DNA of 63,628 nt, filler included. It is 6 parts of 6 records of this genome, joined end to end, with 100 filler letters (N's around TTAATTAATTAA, not from the genome) between each part and the next. Parts side by side here need not be neighbours in the genome. Positions count along the whole stretch, not along the records: positions 29,867 to 41,199 come from SRR2962707_2778; positions 41,300 to 51,996 come from SRR2962707_2783; 4 more parts are not named here. One strand, 5' to 3'. Position numbers and translations under genes: made by a program. The notes under the pieces are model-generated. The model did not search any database. It worked only from the letters and a program-made list of their open reading frames with translations, and was not told the DNA's origin. The first letter of the stretch is position 1, and every line of letters starts with the position of its first letter. Of this stretch, positions 36,765-46,760 are shown piece by piece.

Positions 36765-36979
36765 TGGTGCAGATCCGCCTCTGATGCAAATCGGCTCAGG
36801 CATCAGTCACTGGTGCAAGGCACGGTAGCCGGCATTTCAACGAAGGCATGTTTGCCACGCTGACTGGAGCAATCGACGCCGGATTTCTCTTCAAGATTGC
36901 AAGGCGAGGGCCAATCAACGCTTAGTTAACCATGATCAGCGATAGTTTACTGACGTTGCTGTTATGGATTGAGTGAGCC

Positions 36980-37867
36980 ATGTTTTCCCGTCTTGCCTTT
37001 GCTTGTATCTCTTCGTGTCTTGTCATGGCGGGGTGTGCCTCAAAGCCTCCTTCCAGACTTGAATCCACGACAACCGCCTATGTTCCCGCCGCCGACAAGC
37101 AGTCGCTGCTGGGCCGCGATCAGGATGGCGGGCCTGAAAGTCCGGCTTTTGCCGGCTTCGGCAAGGCGCCCGGTGGCAAGAATTTTGGCGCATTGGCCGG
37201 GCGGACCCTGAAGGTGGCTTCGATCTCCGACATCCGGTTGCGCGACAAGGAAGTCATCCTGACCTTTGATGACGGGCCGATGCCGCGAAAGACAGACAGG
37301 GTGCTGGAGATCCTCAGCCAATATGGCGTCAAGGCAACATTTCTGATGGTCGGCCAGATGGCCAGCAGCTACCCGGCGGTAGCAGCAAGAGTGGTCAATC
37401 ATGGCCATTCCATTGGCGGTCACACCTACAACCATGCCAATCTGGCAAATGCAGGCAATGCCCGCGCGCTCGATGACATTGCGACTGGAAATGCAGCGGT
37501 CGCCAGGGCAACAGGAACCAGGGTCGGCTTCTTCCGGTTCCCTTACCTCGCCGACACCGGCGCGCTGCGTCAGTCTGTTGCCAACCGCGGCCTTGTCATC
37601 CTGGATGTCGATATCGATTCCAAGGACTATTTCTCATCAAGTCCGCAAACCATTGCAGCGCGTACCATGGCGCAGGTCCGTTCCAGGCGCAAAGGCATCA
37701 TCCTGATGCATGATATTCATGGGCGGACAGCGTCAATGCTTCCCTCTCTGCTGTCACAGCTGAAGGCTGGCGGCTACAAGGTCGTGGCTCTGCAATACGG
37801 GCGCTCACGGATGCCTGAGGCGATGGTGTCTGCCGAGACTGCCAAGACCGCATCGCGCCAGATGTAA
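36980..37867 (+). CDS. Polysaccharide deacetylase (CE4), probable lipoprotein
   Basis: MAGC lipobox-like; LTFDDGP, HTYNH, FRFPYL, DSKDY, ILMHD. Confidence 0.88.
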   Translation: MFSRLAFACISSCLVMAGCASKPPSRLESTTTAYVPAADKQSLLGRDQDGGPESPAFAGFGKAPGGKNFGALAGRTLKVASISDIRLRDKEVILTFDDGPMPRKTDRVLEILSQYGVKATFLMVGQMASSYPAVAARVVNHGHSIGGHTYNHANLANAGNARALDDIATGNAAVARATGTRVGFFRFPYLADTGALRQSVANRGLVILDVDIDSKDYFSSSPQTIAARTMAQVRSRRKGIILMHDIHGRTASMLPSLLSQLKAGGYKVVALQYGRSRMPEAMVSAETAKTASRQM

Positions 37868-37900
37868 GGCTGAAAGCCTGACGGGAAAGCAATTCTCACC

Positions 37901-38383
37901 ATGACCTCATGCCCCTGCGGCTCAAACCTTGCCTATTCGGCCTGTTGCGGCCGCTACCATGCGGGCGACTCGGCACCCACTGCCGAAGCGCTGATGCGAT
38001 CGCGCTATGCGGCCTATGCGCTGGGCAATCTCGATTACATTGAAGCGACCTGTTGCGGCCCGTCAAAGATTGCCTTCAACAGGGCGGAAGCGGAAGTCCT
38101 GCAACTCGGGACTGAATGGCTTGGTCTTGAGGTCCGCCGGACGACCAGGGGCCGCGAGCGCGACAGTGAAGGCACGGTCAGCTTCACCGCGCACTACCGC
38201 CACAAGGGCACCGACGAAGCGCTGGTTGAAATCTCGCAGTTCCGCCGTGTCGATGACCGCTGGTTCTATTATGACCGCTTACCGGCTGTTGCAGCCGGGG
38301 CAGGAGCAACCCGGGTCGGCCGCAACGATCCATGTCCCTGTGGCTCGGGCAAGAAATACAAGAAATGCTGTGGCGCCGGGTAA
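37901..38383 (+). CDS. ychJ: YchJ family SEC-C motif protein
   Basis: [36 protein letters not shown]. Confidence 0.9.
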   Translation: MTSCPCGSNLAYSACCGRYHAGDSAPTAEALMRSRYAAYALGNLDYIEATCCGPSKIAFNRAEAEVLQLGTEWLGLEVRRTTRGRERDSEGTVSFTAHYRHKGTDEALVEISQFRRVDDRWFYYDRLPAVAAGAGATRVGRNDPCPCGSGKKYKKCCGAG

Positions 38384-38390
38384 GCCGGTG

Positions 38391-38430
38391 ACAGTCTGCC
38401 TTCCTGTTCTGACCGGAAGGCAGACTGTTT
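38391..38430. terminator. Bidirectional terminator hairpin
   Basis: ACAGTCTGCCTTCC-10 nt-GGAAGGCAGACTGT, 14-bp perfect stem between convergent genes. Confidence 0.7.
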
Positions 38431-38445
38431 CTCAAACGCTTCGGA

Positions 38446-39003
38446 TCAACCGTCCTGCGCTGCATTTCGCTGGATGAAACGCAGCCGGTTGCCGAACGGG
38501 TCGATCACCTGCATCTCGAGCCCCCAGTCCTGCTTTTGCAGGCCCGGGCGGTTGTAGCGGTAGTTTTTCTCCAGCAATTCGTCGTGCAGTTTTTCGACAT
38601 TTTGAGCGAATACCACCGCATTGGCGCCCGGCGTGGCGTCGCCTGAATGCTCGCTCAGGTGCAGCACCATCGCCCCGCGTGAGACCTGCATGTAGAGCGG
38701 CGCATCGGCGCCGAAACGGTGCTCAAAGTCGACGCTGCAGCCGAGAAACTCGAGATAGAATTCGCGGGCGCGGGCCTCGTCGAATATCCGGATGATTGGG
38801 GCTGCCGCCTCCAGCCCGATGCCGCCATCGTCGCGGGACTTCGGGCTTGCCGCGATTCGCGCCGCCAGGATGTTCCAGGTGTCGAAGCCGAATTGCCCGG
38901 CGACGATTTCCAGCGCCTGGCTGTGGGTGATAGTGACGCCGCTGCTTGCCAGCCGCTCGCGCATGGCCGAAGCCATGGCTTTTGAATCGAGAAATGTACG
39001 CAT
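38446..39003 (-). CDS. Glyoxalase superfamily protein (N-terminal helical Glyoxalase_8-like domain + VOC domain)
   Basis: SKAMA..MR..HSQALEIVA..GFDTWN; PIIRIFDE..FY, LHLSEHSGDATPG, DPFGNRL. Confidence 0.8.
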   Translation of the reverse strand: MRTFLDSKAMASAMRERLASSGVTITHSQALEIVAGQFGFDTWNILAARIAASPKSRDDGGIGLEAAAPIIRIFDEARAREFYLEFLGCSVDFEHRFGADAPLYMQVSRGAMVLHLSEHSGDATPGANAVVFAQNVEKLHDELLEKNYRYNRPGLQKQDWGLEMQVIDPFGNRLRFIQRNAAQDG

Positions 39004-39202
39004 AGGTCAGTCCTGTCTGCGGCGAAGTGGATGATCAGTGTCCGCATTGCTGACTTTTTCGCCGATCAGGAGAACCGGAAAAACAAGACGCGCTTTCGCC
39101 AAACCCCAAAGAGGCGCGGACTGCCGGCAGCGCTGGCCGTGGCGCAATTATTTCTCAGATGTCGCTGCAGATCAATCGCAAATTTGCAGGCTGACGCGAG
39201 GA

Positions 39203-40114
39203 TCACTCAGCCGCGTCTGCCACCCCATTGATATGCGGCGCATATCTGGTGTGAAACCGCGCATAGCCCTGTTCCGTCGCCATCAGATGCTCCGCTGCCA
39301 GTCTGTGCAACTCCGGCAGCTTGTGAAACGGCACCGTCGGGTAGCTGTGATGTTCGGCATGGTAGGGCATGTTCCACGCCAGCCGCCGCACGGCTGCGTT
39401 GGTCAAGGTGGTACGGGAATTCTCCAGCATGTTGGTCACATAGGCACAACGGCCATGCTCGGCCATCAGGTAAAGCCGCAGGAATGGCTGGCCGATCAGC
39501 ATCGGGATCAGCCAGATGTAGAGCAACACCGTGCTTCCAAATGCGATGCTGCCGGCCAAAAGGACCAGATAGGCGGCCAGCATCATCCGCGCCTCATTGC
39601 GAACCGCTGCGCGCCTCGCCTGCGGCACGAATTCATCGTCACAGCGCCCCGCCGCGTTGTGGATCAGCGTGCGGAGATGGCTGGCCCACACCGGGAGCCC
39701 CGAGACGTGCAGCACATACTGCCCCCAGGTTTCGGGCTTTGGCTCGGCCAGTTCCGGATCCTTGCCCGGCATCTGCGTGAACCGGTGATGGGCGAAATGA
39801 AAATAGCGGAACCAGCGCGGCGCCAGAAAGATGACAAAGCCGCTGAGGTAAGCAGCAAGCGTGTTGAGCCAGCGTGAGCGGAACGGCGTGAAATGGCTGG
39901 CCTCATGCAGCAGCGTGAACAGAAACACCAGCAGAATGCCCAGCGGCAGCATCAGCAGCGGCCACAACGGCACTTGCGCCACGATCAGTCCGCCCAGCAG
40001 CATGATCGCGCCAAGATGCAGCGCAAGATGCGTGAGCCCTCTGAGATCCGATGTCGCGGTCAGCTCGCGGCATTGCTCCGCTGACAGGCTGGCGAGAAAG
40101 CTCTTGTGATCCAT
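39203..40114 (-). CDS. Membrane fatty acid desaturase-like di-iron enzyme (MocD-like)
   Basis: His boxes HEASH, HFAHH, HAEHH; LYLMAEH; WNMPYH. Confidence 0.85.
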   Translation of the reverse strand: MDHKSFLASLSAEQCRELTATSDLRGLTHLALHLGAIMLLGGLIVAQVPLWPLLMLPLGILLVFLFTLLHEASHFTPFRSRWLNTLAAYLSGFVIFLAPRWFRYFHFAHHRFTQMPGKDPELAEPKPETWGQYVLHVSGLPVWASHLRTLIHNAAGRCDDEFVPQARRAAVRNEARMMLAAYLVLLAGSIAFGSTVLLYIWLIPMLIGQPFLRLYLMAEHGRCAYVTNMLENSRTTLTNAAVRRLAWNMPYHAEHHSYPTVPFHKLPELHRLAAEHLMATEQGYARFHTRYAPHINGVADAAE

Positions 40115-40243
40115 GTGCTGTCCTTGCCCGTCAGGCCGTTCGGGGGTGAAATCCGCTGCTGTGGCGGCCCGATTGCGGTGGTCAACCAGCAGAATAAACC
40201 GCGAACGCTGGTCTTTCGACCCCGAATCACTACATTCACGGGT

Positions 40244-41199
40244 ATGACAAGTCCAGACGATGATATTCCGTTTTTCGGCGACGAAGATCCGGCACCGCGC
40301 ACCCCCCCGGCAGCCCCATCTTCAGCCCCACCTGCATCAAATGCAGGTGGCTCGATTGCGGCGCGGGCCCTTGCGGCCAGCCAGCAGGCGCGCAGTGCGG
40401 CCCAGCCGACGCCAAACTATATTTCGGGCCTCAATCCCGAGCAGGCCGATGCGGTCGAATCCATCGAGGGTCCGGTGCTGGTTCTCGCGGGTGCAGGCAC
40501 CGGCAAGACAAGGGTTCTGACCACCCGCATTGCCCATATCCTCAACCTGGGGCTGGCCTATCCCTCGCAGATCCTCTCCGTCACCTTCACCAACAAGGCG
40601 GCGCGCGAGATGAAGGAGCGCGTCGGCGTGCTGGTCGGCGGCGCGGTCGAGGGCATGCCCTGGCTCGGCACTTTCCACTCCATCGGCGTCAAGCTGCTGC
40701 GCCGCCATGCCGAACTGGCCAATCTGCGCTCCGATTTCACCATTCTCGACACCGATGATGTGATCCGGCTGTGCAAGCAGCTGATCCAGGCCGAGGGCAT
40801 TGACGACAAGCGCTGGCCGGCCCGGCAATTCGCCAACATGATCGACGGCTGGAAGAACAAGGGCCTTGGACCGGCGGAGATCCCCGAGGGTGATGCCCGC
40901 GGCTTTGCCAATGGCAAGGGCAGGGTGCTTTACGCCGCCTATCAGGAGCGCCTGCAGACGCTCAACGCCGTTGATTTCGGCGATCTGCTTTGCCTGCCGA
41001 TCCGCATTTTCCGGGCCCATCCGGATGTCTTGAAGGAATACCAGCGGAAATTCCGCTTCATTCTGGTCGACGAGTATCAGGACACCAACACCGCGCAATA
41101 TATGTGGCTGAGACTTCTGGCCCAGCGGCCTGCGGGCGAACGCCCCAACATCTGCTGCGTCGGCGATGACGATCAGTCGATCTATGGCTGGCGCGGCGC
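40244..41199 (+). CDS. uvrD: ATP-dependent DNA helicase UvrD/PcrA, 3'-truncated
   Basis: LAGAGTGKT, TFTNKAA, GTFHS, VDEYQDTN, VGDDDQSIYGWRG. Confidence 0.9.
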
Positions 41200-41299
41200 N
41201 NNNNNNNNNNNNNNNNNNNNNNNNNNNNNNNNNNNNNNNNNNNTTAATTAATTAANNNNNNNNNNNNNNNNNNNNNNNNNNNNNNNNNNNNNNNNNNNN
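41200..41299. other. Artificial contig linker
   Basis: N44-TTAATTAATTAA-N44. Confidence 0.98.
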
Positions 41300-42170
41300 G
41301 CGCATCGATCAGGACGACCGCATCGCGCTTTTGGGCCGCAACGGTCAGGGCAAATCGACCCTGTCGAAACTGCTGTCCAACCGTCTGGTCCTGTTCGAAG
41401 GCAAAGCGGTCAATTCCAACAAACTGCGCATTGGCTTCTTTGCACAGCATCAGGTCGACGAACTGATCATCAACGAGACCCCGTTGCAGCACATGATCAC
41501 CGCGCGCCCCGGCGTCATGCAGTCAAAACTGCGCGCACAGCTGGCGGGTTTCGGCCTTGGCCCCGACCAGGCCGATACCGAAGTTGGCCGCCTGTCCGGT
41601 GGTCAAAAGGCGCGCCTGTCGCTGCTGTTGGCCACGCTCGACGCGCCGCATCTGCTGATCCTCGACGAACCGACCAACCACCTTGATATCGAATCCCGCG
41701 AGGCACTGGTCGAAGCGCTGACCCGCTATTCGGGTGCCGTGATCCTTGTCAGCCACGACATGCACCTGCTGTCGATGGTGGCCGACCGTCTGTGGCTGGT
41801 GTCCGACGGTACGGTCAAACCCTACGAGGACGACCTCGAAGCCTACCGCAAAATGCTGCTGACCGTTGAAAAACCCGTCAGCAAGAACGCCAAGCCGGTG
41901 AAAGAAGCGCCAAAACCCAAACGCGCCTCGCGCGAAGACATTCTTGCCCTGCGTTCCGAAGTGCGCACCGCCGAGGCCCGCGTGACCAAAATCAACGACA
42001 TGCGCGACAAGCTGGCCAAGAAACTTGCCGACCCTGCCCTTTACGAAAAGGAAAAAGTCGGCGAACTTGAGGTGTGGAACAAAAAATACGCCGAAGTCAT
42101 GGCCGCCCTTGAACGTGCAGAAGCGATCTGGATGGCCGCTCTGGAAAAACTGGAAACAGCCTCCGCCTGA
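41300..42170 (+). CDS. ABC-F family ATPase (YheS/Uup-like), 5'-truncated
   Basis: GRNGQGKST, LSGGQKAR, LDEPTNHLD, VSHD, C-terminal coiled coil. Confidence 0.88.
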
Positions 42171-42189
42171 CGATTGACACACTCTTAGC

Positions 42190-42241
42190 TTGGCTTCTCT
42201 GGCTCACAAATATCCCGGGGGTCCGGGGGCTGGCCCCCGGG
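42190..42241. repeat. Rhodobacteraceae-type intergenic repeat
   Basis: CTTCTCTGGCTCACAAATATCCCGGGGGTCCGGGGGCTGGCCCCCGG. Confidence 0.5.
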
Positions 42242-42248
42242 AATACAT

Positions 42249-42899
42249 ATGATGACACTCGACATTGCCTTTATGATCACGGCCTTTGCCACCATGATTG
42301 TCATCATTGACCCCTTTGCGATCGGGCCGATGTTTCTGGCTCTCACCCCCGGCCTGTCCCCTGCACAACGGCGCCGCATCGCATGGCGTGGTGTGTTCAT
42401 TGCGGGGCTGATCTTGTTGGTTTTTGCGGCCTTCGGCGAGGCCGTGCTGGGCTTTATCGGCATCTCCATGCCCGCGTTTCGCGTCGCCGGGGGGATTTTG
42501 CTGTTTTTGACAGCCCTTGAAATGCTGTTCGACCGCCGCACAAAACGGCGCGAGCAAAGCACGACAGACCCTGATCACGACGCCGACGATCATGACGACC
42601 CGTCGGTCTTTCCGCTGGCCATTCCGTTGATCGCGGGCCCGGGTTCGATTGCGTCGGTGATCCTGTTGACCGGTGAAAAACCCGGCGTCGAAGGGTTCGT
42701 GACCGTGATGGGGATCACCTTTGCCGTGCTGGCGCTGATGGGGATCACCATGCAAGCAAGCGGCTATCTGGAACGCGTTTTGGGCAAGGTCGGGATCAAT
42801 GTCATCACCCGACTGCTGGGCATGCTTTTGGCCGCGCTTTCGGTGCAATTCGTTCTCGAAGGTCTCAGCGCCTTTGGTTTTGGGCCGGGTGCGGGCTGA
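42249..42899 (+). CDS. marC: MarC family membrane protein
   Basis: IIDP, AFRVAGGILL, FPLAIPLIAGPG, TRLLGMLLAALSVQF. Confidence 0.9.
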   Translation: MMTLDIAFMITAFATMIVIIDPFAIGPMFLALTPGLSPAQRRRIAWRGVFIAGLILLVFAAFGEAVLGFIGISMPAFRVAGGILLFLTALEMLFDRRTKRREQSTTDPDHDADDHDDPSVFPLAIPLIAGPGSIASVILLTGEKPGVEGFVTVMGITFAVLALMGITMQASGYLERVLGKVGINVITRLLGMLLAALSVQFVLEGLSAFGFGPGAG

Positions 42900-42950
42900 C
42901 AAAACCCGTCACACGCCCCATATTCCACCCAAGGAACAACGGAGCGTCCA

Positions 42951-43538
42951 ATGGCAGAATTTGAAACCGGTCGTCTGATCTATCTTTTAGTGTTGCTGGC
43001 GATGGTCGCGGGCTGGTTCTTTATGCAGGGCCGCGGCGAGGGATTTAACAAAACCCTGCAACAGGCCGCGGTTTGGGGCATGATCTTTGTCGGTGCCGCA
43101 GCGGCTTATGGGTTGTGGGGCGACATCACGCGCAATTCGGGCGCACCCCAGCAAAGCTATGCGGACGGGATTGGCACCGTCACCCTGCCCCGTGCGCGGG
43201 ATGGCCATTATTACCTGACGGTGCAGATCAACGGCGCGCCGATCCGCTTTGTCGTGGACACGGGGGCCAGCGACATGGTTCTGACCCGCGAGGATGCGCA
43301 ACGCGTCGGCCTGTCGCCTGATACGCTCAACTACCTTGGTCGCGCCAATACCGCCAATGGCGAGGTGCGCACCGCCTTTGTACGCCTGAACGAAGTGCAA
43401 TTGGGGGATGTGCGCGATTTCGATGTCCCTGCCGTGGTGAATGACGGCGAGATGGGGCAATCATTGTTGGGGATGGGCTATCTGCAACGTTGGGGCCGGA
43501 TCGAGATTTCGAATAACGAGTTGATCCTGACACGTTAA
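42951..43538 (+). CDS. Clan AA aspartic protease (TIGR02281-like)
   Basis: DGHY, VDTGAS, TANG, SLLGMGYL; two N-terminal TMs. Confidence 0.88.
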   Translation: MAEFETGRLIYLLVLLAMVAGWFFMQGRGEGFNKTLQQAAVWGMIFVGAAAAYGLWGDITRNSGAPQQSYADGIGTVTLPRARDGHYYLTVQINGAPIRFVVDTGASDMVLTREDAQRVGLSPDTLNYLGRANTANGEVRTAFVRLNEVQLGDVRDFDVPAVVNDGEMGQSLLGMGYLQRWGRIEISNNELILTR

Positions 43539-43556
43539 GATCGCTCAGTAACCTAC

Positions 43557-44015
43557 TCACATTTCTGCCTTTTTCTCCCAGCGACCGCTTTCTTCGGACC
43601 AGTATTGCGCCGACACGCTTGCGTCTTTCAAAGCTTTCCACTGGCCTCGCGCCTTGTTCAGCGCCCGCTCATCCAGCCCGTCAAACAGAATGCATACCCG
43701 GTCCAGATTGGTGACTTCGGCAGCGGTCACATCTGCCCCGTGGATCGAAAACACACAGGTGGCCCCGTTCGGTGCCTCGGTTTGGGTGGTCAACAAAACC
43801 GGCTGTTCCGCATCATGGGGGCCACCGGCCAACCCGTGCGGCAGGAACCCGTCATCGGGCCCTTGCCACAGGGCGGCATCCATTTGCGCCAGCAAATCGG
43901 GGTCGGTGCCGCGTACCGCCACACGCCACCCTGCCCCTTGGGCCTTGCCCAGCAGCATGGTTAATGTCTCGACCAAAGGTCGCTGTGTCAGATGGTAGAA
44001 ATACGCGGCACCCAT
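43557..44015 (-). CDS. holC: DNA polymerase III chi subunit
   Basis: FYHL, DAALW..FLPHG, ARGQWK; downstream of pepA. Confidence 0.88.
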   Translation of the reverse strand: MGAAYFYHLTQRPLVETLTMLLGKAQGAGWRVAVRGTDPDLLAQMDAALWQGPDDGFLPHGLAGGPHDAEQPVLLTTQTEAPNGATCVFSIHGADVTAAEVTNLDRVCILFDGLDERALNKARGQWKALKDASVSAQYWSEESGRWEKKAEM

Positions 44016-44019
44016 GGGC

Positions 44020-45492
44020 TTATTCGACCTCGAAATTATCCGAAATCAACCGGTTCAAGGATGCAACGCCCCATCCTGTGGCCCCGATCGGTGCCAATGT
44101 CGTTTCCGTCTTGAGCGACGCCACACCTGCAATATCAAGGTGAATCCAGGGTGTCTCGTCTTTCACGAACCGCCCAAGGAACTGCGCCGCAGATACGGCA
44201 CCGCCATCGCGCCCGCCGATGTTTTTCATGTCGGCAATCCGGCTTTTCAGCAGTTTGTCATAGCCGGGGCCCATGGGCATCCGCCATGCACCTTCGTTCT
44301 CTGCCTCAGCGGCCTTTAGGAAGGCGTTGCACAGGGTGTCATTGTTAGAAAACACGCCCGCATTTTCATGGCCAAGACCAATTACGATGGCGCCCGTCAG
44401 CGTCGCCAAATCGATCATGCCCGCAGGTTTAAAGCGGTCTTGCGCGTACCACAGCACGTCACACAGCACCAAACGCCCCTCGGCGTCGGTGTTGATCACC
44501 TCGACGGTGTCGCCTTTCATCGATTTGATCACATCGCCCGGACGCGTCGCCATGCCCGATGGCATGTTTTCGACGATACCAACAAGGCCCACAACATTGG
44601 CTTTGGCCTTGCGCAGGGCAAGGGAGCGCATCACGCCAGCGACCACGCCCGCGCCGCCCATATCCATGGTCATGTCTTCCATGCCAAGGCCGGGTTTCAG
44701 GCTGATGCCGCCGGTGTCAAAGACAACGCCCTTGCCGACCAGCGCCAGTGGGGCTGCGTCTTTCTCGCCGCCATTCCATTTCATAACAACAACATAGGAC
44801 GGGCTGGACGACCCTTGGCCAACCGACAAAAGCGTGCGCATGCCCAGCTTTTCCAGTTCGGCGTCGTCCAGCACTTCGACCTCGAGGCCGATGTTTTCCA
44901 TCTCGGCCAGACGGTTCGCGAATTCGGTGGTGGTCAGCACGTTGGCAGGTTCATTGATCAGATCACGGGTCATAAAGGCACCGTCGGCGATGGCGAGCAA
45001 AGGTTCTGCGGCCTCTTTCACCTCGTCGGGCTTGCTGGCCATAATCGTGATAGCGCCCTTGCGCGGCTTGCCGTCGCTCTTGTTGTCCTCAAAGCTGTAG
45101 TCACGCATGGCAAGGCCAAAGCACAGCTCGGCCGATTTGCGCAGCCCGCCTGTCAGAACCAGCAAATCCGCAGCACCGCGCAGCTTGGCCAAGCTGCCGC
45201 CGGCTTTGCGCAAATCCTGCACATTGGCGTTGTTCGCCAGTTGGATCACGTCCACGGCCTCGGCCAGCATGCCCGTGGGATAGCCCATGCTGAGCACGTC
45301 GCCGGGTTTCAGATCGGCGAATTTGGTGGTTTGGACCAGACGTTCCAGCGCACCTTTTGTCAGCTTGTTGATCCGGCGGGCGCTTGGGTTCATCTTGCCT
45401 TCGGCATCAATGGTGACGGCAACACGACCAGCGTGTTCCGCAATCTGGTCAACGTCTGTTTGGGCAAAACTGATTGGGGTCAATGCGGTCAT
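44020..45492 (-). CDS. pepA: Leucyl aminopeptidase
   Basis: VGKGVVFDTGG, DMGGA, NTDAEGRLVL, DLATLTGA, HLDIAG; start MTALTP. Confidence 0.93.
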   Translation of the reverse strand: MTALTPISFAQTDVDQIAEHAGRVAVTIDAEGKMNPSARRINKLTKGALERLVQTTKFADLKPGDVLSMGYPTGMLAEAVDVIQLANNANVQDLRKAGGSLAKLRGAADLLVLTGGLRKSAELCFGLAMRDYSFEDNKSDGKPRKGAITIMASKPDEVKEAAEPLLAIADGAFMTRDLINEPANVLTTTEFANRLAEMENIGLEVEVLDDAELEKLGMRTLLSVGQGSSSPSYVVVMKWNGGEKDAAPLALVGKGVVFDTGGISLKPGLGMEDMTMDMGGAGVVAGVMRSLALRKAKANVVGLVGIVENMPSGMATRPGDVIKSMKGDTVEVINTDAEGRLVLCDVLWYAQDRFKPAGMIDLATLTGAIVIGLGHENAGVFSNNDTLCNAFLKAAEAENEGAWRMPMGPGYDKLLKSRIADMKNIGGRDGGAVSAAQFLGRFVKDETPWIHLDIAGVASLKTETTLAPIGATGWGVASLNRLISDNFEVE

Positions 45493-45629
45493 GGTCTGCG
45501 TCCTTTTGGTATGAATTACCCCAAGACCTAGCGCGCAGCCGCCGGTATTGCCAGATAGCAGTTTTCGCCGACGAAAATTTGTTTTATCGTGCGTGCAAAA
45601 TATCAGCATAAATATCTAAGGGATGCAGA

Positions 45630-46760
45630 TTGGCTAAGTTTGACCGCTATATGTTGTCCCAGTTCCTGATCCTGTTCAGTTTTTTCGCGCTGATCTTGGT
45701 CGCGATTTTTTGGATCAACCGCGCCGTTATCTTGTTTGATCGCCTGATTGGCGACGGCCAGACGGCGTTGGTGTTTCTGGAATTCACTGTGCTGGGCCTG
45801 CCCAAGCTGATCACCACGGTGTTTCCCATCGCTGCATTCGCGGGGTCGGTCTATGTGATCAACCGCATGACCAGCGAATCCGAGATGACAGTGCTGCAGG
45901 CCACGGGCAGCGGGCCGTGGCGGTTGGCGCGCCCTGTGTTGGTGTACGGTGTTTGCGTTGCGGTGATGATGTCGGTTCTGACGCATTTTCTGGTGCCCAT
46001 GGCCAAGGCCCAATTGTCCCAACGCGAGGCCGAGATTTCGCAAAACGTATCGGCGCGGTTGCTGACCGAGGGCGAGTTTCTGCACCCCTCGTCCAAGGTG
46101 ACGTTCTACACGCGGCTGATTGGCACCGACGGCGTTTTGCGCGATGTGTTTCTTTCTGATCGCCGCAACCCAGAAGAAGGCATTATCTACTCCGCATCCG
46201 AGGCCTATCTTGTGCGCAATGGCGAAGGGACGACGCTGATTATGGTCGATGGATTGGCGCAGCGCCTCACAAGCGAGACCAATCAGCTGTCTACCGCGAA
46301 ATTCCGGGATTTTTCTTTCGATATCTCGGCGTTGGTCAGTAACAGCACCGAGGAGTATACATCGGTGGATAGTATGGTGACGCCTGCATTGTTTACCGAT
46401 TGGACGGCCCTTGGGGACAAGGCCGAAATATCCCAAGGTGTCATCACCGAAGAATTTCACGCCCGCTTTGCCGCGCCGCTGTTTTGCATTGTCGCGGCGA
46501 TGATCGGCTATGCCACGCTGATCTTGGGCGGGTTTTCGCGGTTTGGCGTCTGGCGCGAGATCGTGATCGCCTTTGGCCTGCTGATTGCCATTGATGGTCT
46601 TCGCAGCACATTGGAAGGTATGGTGCGCAGTGACGCCAGCCGCTGGCCGTTGATCTATTTGCCCAGCTTGATAGGTCTGATTTTGGTGTTGGCGATGATT
46701 TGGCAAACCGCCCATCCGGGTTGGTTGCGCCGAATGCGCCGGGCAAAGGTGGCGGTATGA
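45630..46760 (+). CDS. lptF: LPS export permease LptF
   Basis: FDRY, ESEMTVLQATG, divergent from pepA, precedes lptG. Confidence 0.88.
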   Translation: MAKFDRYMLSQFLILFSFFALILVAIFWINRAVILFDRLIGDGQTALVFLEFTVLGLPKLITTVFPIAAFAGSVYVINRMTSESEMTVLQATGSGPWRLARPVLVYGVCVAVMMSVLTHFLVPMAKAQLSQREAEISQNVSARLLTEGEFLHPSSKVTFYTRLIGTDGVLRDVFLSDRRNPEEGIIYSASEAYLVRNGEGTTLIMVDGLAQRLTSETNQLSTAKFRDFSFDISALVSNSTEEYTSVDSMVTPALFTDWTALGDKAEISQGVITEEFHARFAAPLFCIVAAMIGYATLILGGFSRFGVWREIVIAFGLLIAIDGLRSTLEGMVRSDASRWPLIYLPSLIGLILVLAMIWQTAHPGWLRRMRRAKVAV

